Source of the DNA: Nitrospirota bacterium
GTDB lineage: Bacteria > Nitrospirota > Thermodesulfovibrionia > Thermodesulfovibrionales > Dissulfurispiraceae
Assembly: GCA_963790025.1 (NCBI GenBank)
Contig: CAWBMP010000004.1
Coordinates: 448,001-512,000 of the forward strand
Reading direction: 5' to 3'
DNA: 64,000 nt
This document shows positions 29,607 to 39,642 of the stretch, piece by piece. The translations under genes were made by a program, and so were the position numbers. Position 1 is the stretch's first letter; every line of letters begins with the position of its first letter. The notes under the pieces were generated by a model, which saw only the letters and a program-made list of their open reading frames with translations, ran no database searches and was not told the origin of the DNA.

Positions 29607-32067
29607 GCGTAACCTTTGAACGTTTTGTCCTGTCAAGCGTCTTCACAGTCTTTATTCCCTTCCGGGCGGGTTTGCCTGATGTTTTCTTTTCCGCGGCCCC
29701 GGCCTTTACCGTTTTCTTACCGGCGAGGGCGTTTTTCAATACAGCATCCATAGTCTCTACAGTCAAAAAAGTCATCCCCTCTTTGACATATTTGGGAAGG
29801 TCATCGAGGTCCTTTTTGTTTCTATGCGGAATTATGACCGTCTTTATACCCATCCTCTTGGCCGCGAGGGCCTTTTCCTTGAGTCCTCCGATGGGAAGCA
29901 CCCTGCCCCGCAACGTAACTTCACCGGTCATCGCCACATCCTTTCGCACCGCTCTTCCTGTCAATGCGGAGGCAATTGAGGTCGCCATCGTAATACCGGC
30001 TGACGGCCCGTCCTTGGGAATAGCGCCGGCCGGTACATGAATATGCAAATCGACATTGGAGAACGAATCCTCGCTCAGCCCCAGTTCGGCGGCGCGTGAC
30101 TTTACGTAACTTAAAGCCGCCTGGGCCGACTCCTTCATAACATCCCCCAACTGGCCGGTGAGAGTAAGGTTGCCCTTTCCTTTCATCACAGTCGCTTCAA
30201 TATAGATGACATCCCCTCCAGCCTCGGTCCAGGCAAGTCCTGTAGCGACACCGACTTCATTCACCCGCATTTCTTCTTCAGGGAGATATTTGGGGACGCC
30301 AAGGTATTTATGGATGTTCTTGGCCGTCATGACGAAGTTCCCGGTCTCGCCTTCGGCAACACGCTTCGCCACCTTCCGGCACAGATTGGCTACCTCACGC
30401 TCAAGGTTCCTGACCCCCGCTTCCCGCGTATAATGGGATATTATTTGCCGGACAGCGGATTCGCTTATTTGCAATATCTTGGTGGTTATACCGTGTTCGT
30501 CAAGCTGTTTCGGGATCAGATACTTTTTAGCTATCTGAAGCTTTTCCTCCTCCGTGTATCCCGACAGATACAATACTTCCATCCTGTCCCTCAACGGCCC
30601 GGGGATCGTGTCTGTAAGGTTTCCCGTGGTAATAAACATAACGTTGGACAGGTCGAAGGGCACAGCCAGATAATGGTCCGCAAAAGAATTATTCTGCTCA
30701 GGATCAAGCACCTCCAGCAGCGCAGAAGACGGATCTCCCCTGAAATCCGAACCGATTTTATCGATCTCATCAAGCATAAATACGGGGTTATTTGTACCCG
30801 CCTGCTTCATGCCCTGAATTATTCGCCCGGGAAGAGCACCGACATATGTCCTCCTGTGGCCCCTTATCTCCGCCTCGTCACGCATCCCTCCGAGAGAAAC
30901 CCTGATGAACTCCCTTCCGAGTGCGCGGGCTATCGAACGGCCGAGCGATGTTTTGCCCACGCCGGGGGGGCCTATAAAACATAAGATCGGGCCTTTCATC
31001 TTCTCTTTGAGTTTCCGCACGCTCAGGTACTCGAGGATCCTCTCTTTCACTTTCTCGAGATCATAATGATCATCGTTAAGCACCTTTTCCGCCTTACGTA
31101 TGTCCAATTGGTCTTTCGTGCTCTTGGACCATGGTATTTCGGTAAGCCATTCAAGGTATGTCCTTATCGTACCCGCTTCAGCACTGTCCGGGTGCATTTT
31201 TTCGATTCGCCTGAGCTGTTTCTCGGCCTCTTTCATGACCTTCTCAGGCATTTTTGCGTCTTCTATTTTTTTCTTGAATTCCCTTACCTCTTCGGCGCGC
31301 TCATCGATGTCACCGAGTTCCCGCTGAATAGCCTTCAACTGCTCTCTGAGGAAGTACTCCCGCTGCGTCTTGTCTATTTCACCCCGTGCCTCGGTCTGGA
31401 TCTTTTGTTGGATAGTTAGCAGCTGGACCTCGCGGGTGAGAATTTCACCCACCCTCTTCAACCGTCTTACAGGGTCCGACATCTCCAGTATCTCCTGGGC
31501 CTGGTCTGTCTTCAGTCCGAGATTAGCCGTAATAAGGTCTGCAAGCCTTCCAGGATCATCTATATTCTCTATAACGACCATCACGTCCGGCAAAACCGTT
31601 TTCCCGAGGGCCACCACTTTATCCATCTGCTCCTTGACATTCCTTATCAGGGCCTCGTTCTCGATGGATGGTTCAGCAGGTTTTTCTTCTTCCACCTTTT
31701 TTATGTCAGCCATAAAGAACGGTTCCTGCTGGGTAAAACCGCCCACTCTGGCCTTTTTCAGTCCCTGAACAAGAATTTTAACGCGTCCGTCAGGAAGTTT
31801 GAGCATCCTCATGATCATGCAGACCGTGCCCATTAAATACAGATCGTCGATAGCAGGCGCCTCCACATTTAAATCCTTTTGGGCAAGGAGCAGCACCATC
31901 CGGTTTGTGTTCAAGGCATGGTCAATAGCTTTTATGGAGATATCTCTGCCCACAAACAAGGGCAAAATCATATAAGGAAAAATAACGATATCCCTTACCG
32001 GCAACACTGGTACGGTATCCGGGATTTCTGCTTCCTTTGTTTCTTCTTTATCGCTGACTTCAGCCAT
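29548..32067 (-). CDS. lon: ATP-dependent protease La
   Basis: [37 protein letters not shown]. Confidence 0.97.
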   Translation of the reverse strand: MAEVSDKEETKEAEIPDTVPVLPVRDIVIFPYMILPLFVGRDISIKAIDHALNTNRMVLLLAQKDLNVEAPAIDDLYLMGTVCMIMRMLKLPDGRVKILVQGLKKARVGGFTQQEPFFMADIKKVEEEKPAEPSIENEALIRNVKEQMDKVVALGKTVLPDVMVVIENIDDPGRLADLITANLGLKTDQAQEILEMSDPVRRLKRVGEILTREVQLLTIQQKIQTEARGEIDKTQREYFLREQLKAIQRELGDIDERAEEVREFKKKIEDAKMPEKVMKEAEKQLRRIEKMHPDSAEAGTIRTYLEWLTEIPWSKSTKDQLDIRKAEKVLNDDHYDLEKVKERILEYLSVRKLKEKMKGPILCFIGPPGVGKTSLGRSIARALGREFIRVSLGGMRDEAEIRGHRRTYVGALPGRIIQGMKQAGTNNPVFMLDEIDKIGSDFRGDPSSALLEVLDPEQNNSFADHYLAVPFDLSNVMFITTGNLTDTIPGPLRDRMEVLYLSGYTEEEKLQIAKKYLIPKQLDEHGITTKILQISESAVRQIISHYTREAGVRNLEREVANLCRKVAKRVAEGETGNFVMTAKNIHKYLGVPKYLPEEEMRVNEVGVATGLAWTEAGGDVIYIEATVMKGKGNLTLTGQLGDVMKESAQAALSYVKSRAAELGLSEDSFSNVDLHIHVPAGAIPKDGPSAGITMATSIASALTGRAVRKDVAMTGEVTLRGRVLPIGGLKEKALAAKRMGIKTVIIPHRNKKDLDDLPKYVKEGMTFLTVETMDAVLKNALAGKKTVKAGAAEKKTSGKPARKGIKTVKTLDRTKRSKVTHATPTNRRVKSSRGNKKKV

Positions 32068-32106
32068 CTTTGATTCCTCCATACCTTATAAGCACCCCCA
32101 AATTTG

Positions 32107-32187
32107 TATATGGATATATGGGTTTATGGGTATATGGGTTTATGACTATAAGACCAGTGGACCCACATCTCCCATTCACCTCATATG
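32107..32187. repeat. Octamer tandem array (TATGGGTA/TATGGGTT)n with a degenerate complementary arm
   Basis: tatatggatatatgggtttatgggtatatgggtttatga ... cccacatctcccattcacctcata between hsp20 and lon. Confidence 0.65.
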
Positions 32188-32192
32188 CTCAT

Positions 32193-32570
32193 TCACTCTT
32201 TTGCTCGTTTAACGGTAATTGCTATGGGCCTCAGTTCCAGCTTCGGAAACCTGATGCTTATAACGCCGCTCCCGCAGCATGCATTTCCTTCAGCGGTATG
32301 CACGGGGAGAGGAAATTTTATCACCCTTCTGAAGCCCCTCATGCCGCGCTCCATGCAAATATAGTTAAGACCGGCATCATTTTGGGCATCGTTTTTTATC
32401 CCTTCAATTATCAGCACGTCCCCGTATGCCACTATGGATACATCCTCAGGTCCTACGCCCGGCAAATCAATTTCAAAAACAAGTTCGCTTCCTGTTTCAT
32501 AAAGGTCTATCAGCGGCCAGACAGACGATTCAGCGTGATATAAACAGAGCCTTTTTTGTACACTTTTCAT
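32193..32570 (-). CDS. Hsp20/alpha-crystallin family protein
   Basis: PLIDLYET, IDLPGV, MER..GFRRVI.FP; directly upstream of lon. Confidence 0.82.
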   Translation of the reverse strand: MKSVQKRLCLYHAESSVWPLIDLYETGSELVFEIDLPGVGPEDVSIVAYGDVLIIEGIKNDAQNDAGLNYICMERGMRGFRRVIKFPLPVHTAEGNACCGSGVISIRFPKLELRPIAITVKRAKE

Positions 32571-33436
32571 ACTACTTTCAATTTCTGCATAAGGTATTGC
32601 CTGAAGTCCTCAGATAATTCCTTATTTCTGAGCGCAAAGTCAACAGTTGCCTTCAAATATCCCAACTTGTCGCCCGCATCATACCTGTCACCTTTTATCA
32701 AATACCCATAGATTACCCGTCTGTTCAGCAATTCCTTCAGAGCATCGGTAAGCTGTATTTCGCCTCCGGCGCCGGGCTTCTGTTTTTCGAGAATATCAAA
32801 AATATCCGGTGTAAGGATATATCGTCCTATTATAGCTAAATTCGAAGGGGCTTCCCCTGGTTTCGGCTTTTCAACCAGATTTTTTATTTTATATACATCC
32901 CCGTCGAGCACCCCGTCAATAACACCGTACCGGTGGACATCGGATTTGGGCACCTCTTGAAGGGCGATGACAGGGCATTGCCGTTCATCGTACACCCGCA
33001 TCATATCACGAAGCAAGGGGCATGCGGGATCTATTACGTCATCGCTCAGTATTACAACAAAGGGCTCGTCTTTGACAAACGGTTTGGCACAAAGGATAGC
33101 GTGCCCCAGTCCGAGCGCAACACGTTGCCGGATATAAGCAAAGTTTATATGGCTGAGCTTATTGATCTCCTCAATCAGTTTTTTTTTGCCCGACTTCCTG
33201 AGTGTATCTTCCAACTCATAGGCAGAGTCGAAATGGTCCTCAATGGCACGTTTATATTTACCTGTTATAACAACAAACTCTTCTATCCCGCAGGATATGG
33301 CCTCTTCAACCGCGTACTGGATCAGCGGCTTATCAATTATGGGCATCATCTCTTTGGGGGATGCCTTGGTAGCAGGCAAGAAACGAGTGCCCAAACCTGC
33401 CGCAGGTAATATTCCCTTTGTTATGCTTCGTTTCAT
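32567..33436 (-). CDS. galU: UTP--glucose-1-phosphate uridylyltransferase
   Basis: PAAGLGTRFLPATKA.PKEM, LVEKP, GEIQLTDAL. Confidence 0.96.
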   Translation of the reverse strand: MKRSITKGILPAAGLGTRFLPATKASPKEMMPIIDKPLIQYAVEEAISCGIEEFVVITGKYKRAIEDHFDSAYELEDTLRKSGKKKLIEEINKLSHINFAYIRQRVALGLGHAILCAKPFVKDEPFVVILSDDVIDPACPLLRDMMRVYDERQCPVIALQEVPKSDVHRYGVIDGVLDGDVYKIKNLVEKPKPGEAPSNLAIIGRYILTPDIFDILEKQKPGAGGEIQLTDALKELLNRRVIYGYLIKGDRYDAGDKLGYLKATVDFALRNKELSEDFRQYLMQKLKVV

Positions 33437-33478
33437 GGCAGCTATCTCCTCAATAATACTTTGCTTGCCGCGTAATAG

Positions 33479-33563
33479 TGCCGGAGACGAGACTTGAACT
33501 CGTACGAAACCAGGTTTCGAGGGATTTTAAGTCCCTTGCGTCTGCCAATTCCGCCACTCCGGC
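33479..33563 (-). tRNA. tRNA-Leu(TAA); CCA not encoded
   Basis: GCCGGAGTGGCGGAATTGGCAGACGC...GGGAC-TTAAAAT-CCC...GTTCAAGT...CTCCGGCA, long variable arm. Confidence 0.95.
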
Positions 33564-33643
33564 ATACATAATGAGCCCCGGGAAGAAAAAATTTTACACT
33601 ACTGTATTACCATACTAAAAAACAAAGGAAAGTGCAACATTAT

Positions 33644-33814
33644 GGTAGTGGGTCATTTTGTTTTTGCTCTGGATCACCTGGGTTATCAGTAGTGGGCTGG
33701 TAACGCCCAGCCCACATATCGAGAAATGGCTGCCAGAGATAATCTTCAGTACATGCCTGTGATTGGAAACGAGAGACTATTTGAGCCAGAGCAAAAACAA
33801 AATGACCCACTACC
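33644..33814. mobile_element. 171 bp MITE-like element, copy 2
   Basis: TIRs GGTAGTGGGTCATTTTGTTTTTGCTCTGGATCA / TGAGCCAGAGCAAAAACAAAATGACCCACTACC; homologous to 4193-4363. Confidence 0.8.
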
Positions 33815-33899
33815 AACTGATCCAGTACCTATTTTTTTTAAGATATAATAATATAATAACAAAAATAGCTGATGAGGAATTATTTGGGAGGATTATTGC

Positions 33900-35288
33900 A
33901 TGCTGGACGACGGATTTTTACAAGAGCTACTAAAAAGGACCCTTTCACATGGCGGAGAATATGCCGATATTTTTATAGAACACAGAGAGACAACATCCAT
34001 ACAGTTAGAGGACAACAGAATTGAAAAAGTCATCTCCGGTTCTTTCTCAGGCATAGGCATCCGTCTTATCTATAAAGGAAAAACAGCCTATGCCTTCAGC
34101 AATGATTTTTCAAACGATGTCCTTTTAGACCTGGCGGCCACAGTCAGCAAGGGGGGCGCCGATTCCACCCGGGATGTCGTCATCGACATGAAACAGCTGC
34201 GGCCCGAGAGAAATATTTCAGTCAGGGTCCCTCCCGGATCTGTGCCGCTCGACAAAAAAATTGCCATGGTAACGCGGGCCAATAATGCCGCCAGGTCTCT
34301 GGACCCCAGGGTCAAACAGGTGAACATTATATACAGGGACTCGCTGCAGAAAGTCAAAATCGCGGCATCAGACGGCATCCTGGCAGAGGATGAACGCACC
34401 TACACCCTGGGCATGGCCCACATTATCGCAATGGACGGGGCTTCAGTTCAGACCGGGTATGAGACTGCAGGAGGGCTTATAGGACACGAACTGTTTGAGA
34501 CAGAACCCATGGATGAGCTTGCTGAAACAGCCGCCCGCAGGGCAGTCATGCTTCTCGGCGCACGAAAGGCTCCCGGAGGCAGAATGCCTGTCATTATCTC
34601 ATCTTCCGCCGGAGGTACCTTGATCCATGAGGCAATCGGACACGGTCTTGAGGCAGACCTTGCACGACAGGGCCTGTCAGTTTATTCAAAAAAACTTCAT
34701 CAGCGTGTCGCCTCGCCTGTTGTCACTGTTATCGACGACGCAACTCTCCAGAACAAACGCGGATCATTTTTTGTGGATGACGAGGGCGTATCATCGAAAA
34801 AGAATGTATTGGTAAGCGAGGGGATTCTTATGGGCTATATGTATGATAAATACAATGCGTCTATGGATGAAACCAATTCCACCGGCAACGGCAGGAGAGA
34901 ATCGTACGAGCATAAGCCGATACCGCGCATGACCAATACCATGATCGCTCCTGGCAAGCTTTCACCTGATGAAGTGCTCAGGTCGGTCCAAAGCGGCTTA
35001 CTCGTAAAAAAAATGGGCGGTGGACAGGTGAATACCGTAACAGGAGATTTTGTCTTCGATGTCCAGGAGGGGTATCTTATCGAAAACGGAAGTCCGATTG
35101 GGCCTGTGAGGGGAGCCACTCTCGTTGGAAATGGACCAGAGGTCTTATTGTCAATAGATATGGTTGCCTCAGACCTCGGTTTTTCCATCGGCACCTGTGG
35201 CAAAGACGCCCAGGGAGTCCCGGTATCAGATGCAATGCCGACATTGAGGGTCCCCGAGATGGTAGTAGGAGGAGAAGTGGTGTTGTAA
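33900..35288 (+). CDS. tldD: TldD-family metalloprotease
   Basis: HEAIGHGLEAD, STGNGRRES, PRMTNT, CGK. Confidence 0.92.
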   Translation: MLDDGFLQELLKRTLSHGGEYADIFIEHRETTSIQLEDNRIEKVISGSFSGIGIRLIYKGKTAYAFSNDFSNDVLLDLAATVSKGGADSTRDVVIDMKQLRPERNISVRVPPGSVPLDKKIAMVTRANNAARSLDPRVKQVNIIYRDSLQKVKIAASDGILAEDERTYTLGMAHIIAMDGASVQTGYETAGGLIGHELFETEPMDELAETAARRAVMLLGARKAPGGRMPVIISSSAGGTLIHEAIGHGLEADLARQGLSVYSKKLHQRVASPVVTVIDDATLQNKRGSFFVDDEGVSSKKNVLVSEGILMGYMYDKYNASMDETNSTGNGRRESYEHKPIPRMTNTMIAPGKLSPDEVLRSVQSGLLVKKMGGGQVNTVTGDFVFDVQEGYLIENGSPIGPVRGATLVGNGPEVLLSIDMVASDLGFSIGTCGKDAQGVPVSDAMPTLRVPEMVVGGEVVL

Positions 35289-35358
35289 ATTTGACACAGC
35301 ATCGAAATTTTTCTACACTTTTTTGAAAGCTGCCGTTGTTTTAAACCACTTTATTTAG

Positions 35359-35374
35359 TGGCACGTTACTTGCC
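35359..35374 (+). promoter_or_regulatory. Putative sigma54 promoter of lpxC
   Basis: TGGCACG-TTAC-TTGC matches the -24/-12 consensus. Confidence 0.65.
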
Positions 35375-35388
35375 TGAATTAGTCTCCG

Positions 35389-36273
35389 GTGAGACTGCAA
35401 CGGACAATAAAGAAAGAGGCTTTTTTTCAGGGTATCGGCCTTCATACAGGCAAAAATGCGTCGGTACGACTGAAACCCGCCTCACGTGATACAGGCATTG
35501 TATTTTACAGGACTGACAAAGGGACAATAATCAGGGCGCATCTCGCCTCTGTCATCGACACTGCATTTGCAACGACACTGGGCTACGACGGTGCAAAGAT
35601 AAAAACAGTAGAACATCTTCTGGCAGCAGTCGCGGGGCTCGGAATTAACAATCTTCTCATAGAGGTAAGCGGCCCTGAAATTCCCATCCTCGACGGAAGC
35701 TCAACAGAACTTGCCGGAATCATCCTTGACGCGGGCATAGCGAAGCAGGGCAAGAATATGCCATATATAAAGATAAGCAAGCCCGTTGTCTATGAGGATG
35801 CGCATGCGCGGGTAGTGGCACTTCCATTTGACGGTACGCGTATATCGTACTCCATAAATTTCAATCACCATATTGTAGGCCATCAGGAACTGACCTTCGA
35901 CCTTACCGAAAAGAACTTCGTTAAAGAGATTGCCCCTGCAAGGACGTTCGGTTTCCTGAGGGATGTTGAGGCGTTAAGGGCAAACGGCCTGGCAAAAGGC
36001 GGCTCACTCGATAATGCTGTGGTGGTGGGAGACGAAGGTATTTTGAACTCTACAGGGCTCAGGTTCTGCGATGAGTTTGTTCGACATAAGATACTTGATA
36101 CTATTGGAGATATTTCACTCATAGGGTTCCCGGTACAAGGGCATCTGCTGCTTGAGAAGTCGGGTCATACTGCCAACCTGAGATTCATGAAGAAACTTTT
36201 AGCTTCGACTGATTGCTTCCAATTCATTTCTGAAGTTGACCATTTAGGCCAACAAGTTTTAAGCTATCAGTAA
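35389..36273 (+). CDS. lpxC: UDP-3-O-acyl-N-acetylglucosamine deacetylase
   Basis: GIGLHTG, TVEHLL, DGSS, ARTFGF, RHKILD, GH. Confidence 0.96.
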   Translation: MRLQRTIKKEAFFQGIGLHTGKNASVRLKPASRDTGIVFYRTDKGTIIRAHLASVIDTAFATTLGYDGAKIKTVEHLLAAVAGLGINNLLIEVSGPEIPILDGSSTELAGIILDAGIAKQGKNMPYIKISKPVVYEDAHARVVALPFDGTRISYSINFNHHIVGHQELTFDLTEKNFVKEIAPARTFGFLRDVEALRANGLAKGGSLDNAVVVGDEGILNSTGLRFCDEFVRHKILDTIGDISLIGFPVQGHLLLEKSGHTANLRFMKKLLASTDCFQFISEVDHLGQQVLSYQ

Positions 36274-36347
36274 AAAAAGAGGGAATACCCGATTTTCAAC
36301 CACGCTTGCTTATAAGAAAATCATCTGGGTATTCCCTAATTTTTTTT
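36272..36347. terminator. Likely bidirectional intrinsic terminator between convergent genes
   Basis: A-run, AGGGAATACCC...GGGTATTCCCT inverted repeat, T-run. Confidence 0.6.
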
Positions 36348-36376
36348 ACAACTCCTACATCTTGAGAAAACTGTTC

Positions 36377-36448
36377 TTATTTCTTTTTCTTCGCTGCTGC
36401 CTTCTTCGCAGGAGCTTTTTTTGCAGGAGCCTTTTTTGTTGCCGCCAT
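36377..36448 (-). CDS. 23 aa lysine/alanine-rich histone-H1-like micro-protein (MAATKKAPAKKAPAKKAAAKKKK)
   Basis: Manual translation; strong SD (AAAGGGGGTGA) upstream; synonymous codon variation between PAKK repeats; terminator downstream. Confidence 0.7.
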   Translation of the reverse strand: MAATKKAPAKKAPAKKAAAKKKK

Positions 36449-36509
36449 TCTATTCACCCCCTTTCAGTCCCGGAAGTCTGTCGCAAAGCATATTCCGGGC
36501 CTCCTTTAT

Positions 36510-37055
36510 TTAAACCCTACCCAACAGAGTAAGCCTTTTCTCTGCCAGTATCCGCTTTAAGCTGATATCTTTTTTCTTCTTTGTCTTATAGTCAGATTCC
36601 TCGATAACAGAGCAATTTATTTGTTTACCGAACTTATTTTCGATGTCCTTTAATCCAAACCAAAGCGCAGGTGTTGAAGGACCAATAACAATTAAATCCA
36701 CCGTCGGGGCATCGTCTCCTTCGGCGTACGCTCCGTAAATGAATGCAATGGTCACACCGTTGGCCCTTAAAAGGCTTTTCAGCGCGCCGGGGAGTCCAAG
36801 AGATTTTGCAATAAGACTTTTCAGCTCGGAATACAGGGGGGAGTTATTATTGGCCTGGAAATATTTCAGGTTGGCAACTTTTTCGCTGAACACGATGCCC
36901 ATCTCTTCCAGCTTATCCAGCTCTCTTTTCACTCCTGATGGGTTCTTCCTCAACAGTTTTGCGATCTCCCGCATGTAAAATTTCTCATCCGGGCTATTCA
37001 GTAATAGCGCCAGGACGTCTGCTCGTATGGATGATGAAAATAAACTTTTAAGCAT
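36510..37055 (-). CDS. Winged-helix DNA-binding protein fused to a degenerate nucleotidyltransferase (MNT-like) domain
   Basis: LFSS.IR...YMREIAK...VKRELDKLE wHTH; FIYGAYAEG...TVDLIV resembles the GS...DxD motif. Confidence 0.75.
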   Translation of the reverse strand: MLKSLFSSSIRADVLALLLNSPDEKFYMREIAKLLRKNPSGVKRELDKLEEMGIVFSEKVANLKYFQANNNSPLYSELKSLIAKSLGLPGALKSLLRANGVTIAFIYGAYAEGDDAPTVDLIVIGPSTPALWFGLKDIENKFGKQINCSVIEESDYKTKKKKDISLKRILAEKRLTLLGRV

Positions 37056-37341
37056 GGTTTTTTTCCGTCGCCGTAAATATAAATTTTCCGTTACTATAAA
37101 TATAAACGATGATATATTTTTTGTCAACAACAAAATTACTTTTTAAAACGATAGTTGTTTTTTGTAGAACGTTAGTTTCATAAAAAGGACTTTCCGGCAC
37201 AATGGCACGAGAGACTTAACCTGTGCCAGGGTAGTTTTTTATGAGTGGGATTTGTCTCGACATTTTTGTAGAACAATCGTTTACTGATCTGAATGTTCTG
37301 TTTTAAACGATGAGCTGATTGTTGTTGGAAGCAACCGTTCC

Positions 37342-37956
37342 TCAGATTTCAACTGCACCCTTGCGGAGCACGGTCAGCTCGTCTCCCGACACATCGACAA
37401 TGGTTGAGGGCAATGTGCCGTCTGATTCTCCACCATCGATGATCAAATCGATAGAATCATCAAAGTAATTCGATACCATCGATACATTTTTTCCAGGAGG
37501 CATGCCTGAAATATTCGCGCTGGTCGCGGTAATCGGGAAACCCGTGGCCCTTGCAAGCCTTAGTGCAAACGATTCTCCGGGCATTCTCACCGCCACCTTA
37601 TTATCAGCAACAATGAAATCAGAGAGGCCGCCGCAGGCCTTGAACAGAAGCGTAAGCGGACCGGGCCAGAATTTTCTGATCAGCGGCGCCGCATTTCCCG
37701 GGACACCGTCCGTCAGCATGGCCAACTGCGCCATGTCACCGATGATCAGGGGCATCGCCTTTCCCATAGGCCGATGTTTTATATTGTAGAGCCTCCGCAA
37801 GGCAGGAACGATATCATATTTTGCTCCAAGTCCGTAAAAAGTATCTGTAGAATAGGCGATGATTCCACCCTGACGAAGCACATGGACAGTCTCGGCCAGC
37901 ACTGCTTCCAAGTTCTGACCGGAGAGCTTTATTACCCTTGTCCTTTGATCTTTCAC
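37342..37956 (-). CDS. tsaC: L-threonylcarbamoyladenylate synthase (TsaC/Sua5/YrdC)
   Basis: TDTFYGL, K.R...K, WPGPLT, TSANISG, PSTIVD. Confidence 0.9.
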   Translation of the reverse strand: MKDQRTRVIKLSGQNLEAVLAETVHVLRQGGIIAYSTDTFYGLGAKYDIVPALRRLYNIKHRPMGKAMPLIIGDMAQLAMLTDGVPGNAAPLIRKFWPGPLTLLFKACGGLSDFIVADNKVAVRMPGESFALRLARATGFPITATSANISGMPPGKNVSMVSNYFDDSIDLIIDGGESDGTLPSTIVDVSGDELTVLRKGAVEI

Positions 37957-37959
37957 CTT

Positions 37960-38601
37960 TTACCTATTCTTTAATATCGCTACCGCTATGTCCCTGATAA
38001 AAAAATCCTTCTCATTATGCGCCACCCATCTTAAAAGATGCAGCGCCTCCTTATCACCGATGCGTCCCAAAGCCTCGGTTGATTTCAACCGGACAGCAAA
38101 ATTGCTGTCATTAAGCGCCTTGCCTATATAAGGAACGGCCTCGCGGGCACGGATTTTACCCAGTGATTCTATTGCAGTCTCGCGTATATACATTGTTGAA
38201 TCATCAAGCGCATCGATAAGCGCATTTATTGCCCTGGCATTATTGTAACTGCCGAGTCCAACAGCCCCATGCCACTTTATTGCAGGGCAGGAATCGTTCA
38301 GGCCGTCTACCAGGGAATTGGTGACAACGGGATTTCCACTCGCTCCCAGAACGTCCAGGGCCATGATCCGTATTTGCCAATCTTCATGCAGATCATGAAA
38401 CTCCTCGATAATAGCGTTCAGCGACCTCTCGTCTTTCATTTCTGCGAGATTATGCAAAGCTGCTATCCTTTCCGTTTTGTTGCCATGTCTCAGATCGTTA
38501 ACCAGGCTGTCAAAACTATCTTCAACTGCCGTAGCCTGTCCGGACAGGACAGAAATAAGGGACAGGATGGTCATCAGCACGACGATATATGAATTTGCCA
38601 T
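37960..38601 (-). CDS. Exported HEAT/PBS-lyase repeat protein
   Basis: Signal peptide; repeated L.D....VR..A..ALG units. Confidence 0.8.
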   Translation of the reverse strand: MANSYIVVLMTILSLISVLSGQATAVEDSFDSLVNDLRHGNKTERIAALHNLAEMKDERSLNAIIEEFHDLHEDWQIRIMALDVLGASGNPVVTNSLVDGLNDSCPAIKWHGAVGLGSYNNARAINALIDALDDSTMYIRETAIESLGKIRAREAVPYIGKALNDSNFAVRLKSTEALGRIGDKEALHLLRWVAHNEKDFFIRDIAVAILKNR

Positions 38602-38712
38602 TTAATAGATTATCACAAATGTAGAAAAAGGTTAGAGGCCTCAAACTATTCTGTTGCGCTGCCGGTCCGCAGAGGGTAAGATAGTAATAAACAACAATGA
38701 TTGGAGGCCCCT

Positions 38713-39642
38713 ATGCCCAGGATTTTTGATGACATCACAAAAACAATAGGAAATACCCCTCTGGTAAAGCTGAACCGCATTGCATCCGGGATGCACGCAA
38801 CAGTAGCGGCCAAATTGGAATCGTTCAACCCGCTCTCAAGCGTAAAAGACCGTATCGGAGCTGCCATGCTGGAAGATGCCGAACGAAAAGGACTCCTGAA
38901 ACAGGGTTCTGTCATTATTGAGCCGACCAGCGGCAATACCGGCATCGCACTTGCGTTTGCCGCTGCCGCAAAAGGATACAAATTAATACTCGCCATGCCT
39001 GATACCATGAGCATTGAGAGAAGACAACTGCTGCAGGTCTTCGGAGCGGAACTGCACCTGACTCCCGGGGCCGAGGGAATGAAAGGCGCGATCAAAAAAG
39101 CGGAGGAACTCCTGAATGCCACGCCCGGAGCATTTATGCCACAGCAGTTCAGAAACCATGCCAATCCCGAAATACACCGGCTCACTACGGCTGAAGAAAT
39201 ATGGAATGACACGGACGGCGCCGTCGACATGCTGGTATCAGGAGTGGGCACAGGAGGGACCATAACCGGGGTCGCCGAAGTCATCAAAAAAAGGAAAAAA
39301 GAGTTTAAAGCAGTGGCGGTAGAACCTGAAACGTCCCCTGTATTGTCGGGGGGACAGGCGGGGCCGCACAAAATACAGGGAATAGGCGCCGGGTTTGTCC
39401 CGGAAGTGCTGAATACGGGCATTATAGACGAGATCATAAAGGTTTCAGACGAAAGTGCCGGCGTCTGTGCGAGGAGACTTGCGAAAGAAGAGGGAATCCT
39501 TGCCGGCATCTCCAGCGGGGCGGCATTATGGGCTGCTCTGCAGGTTGCAGGAAGAAAAGAGAATAAAGGGAAACTGATCGTTGTCGTGTTCCCGGACACA
39601 GGTGAGCGCTACCTTTCGACCTGGCTGTTCAAGGAGGAATAG
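38713..39642 (+). CDS. cysK: Cysteine synthase A
   Basis: [41 protein letters not shown]. Confidence 0.96.
   Translation: MPRIFDDITKTIGNTPLVKLNRIASGMHATVAAKLESFNPLSSVKDRIGAAMLEDAERKGLLKQGSVIIEPTSGNTGIALAFAAAAKGYKLILAMPDTMSIERRQLLQVFGAELHLTPGAEGMKGAIKKAEELLNATPGAFMPQQFRNHANPEIHRLTTAEEIWNDTDGAVDMLVSGVGTGGTITGVAEVIKKRKKEFKAVAVEPETSPVLSGGQAGPHKIQGIGAGFVPEVLNTGIIDEIIKVSDESAGVCARRLAKEEGILAGISSGAALWAALQVAGRKENKGKLIVVVFPDTGERYLSTWLFKEE

Noticed and set aside
36510..37055. MNT-HEPN toxin-antitoxin pair
   Set aside because: No HEPN partner adjacent and the nucleotidyltransferase motif is degenerate
38646..39599. 317 aa minus-strand ORF and many other long overlapping ORFs in the track
   Set aside because: Antisense or frame shadows of clearly conserved genes (here cysK) with no recognisable motifs
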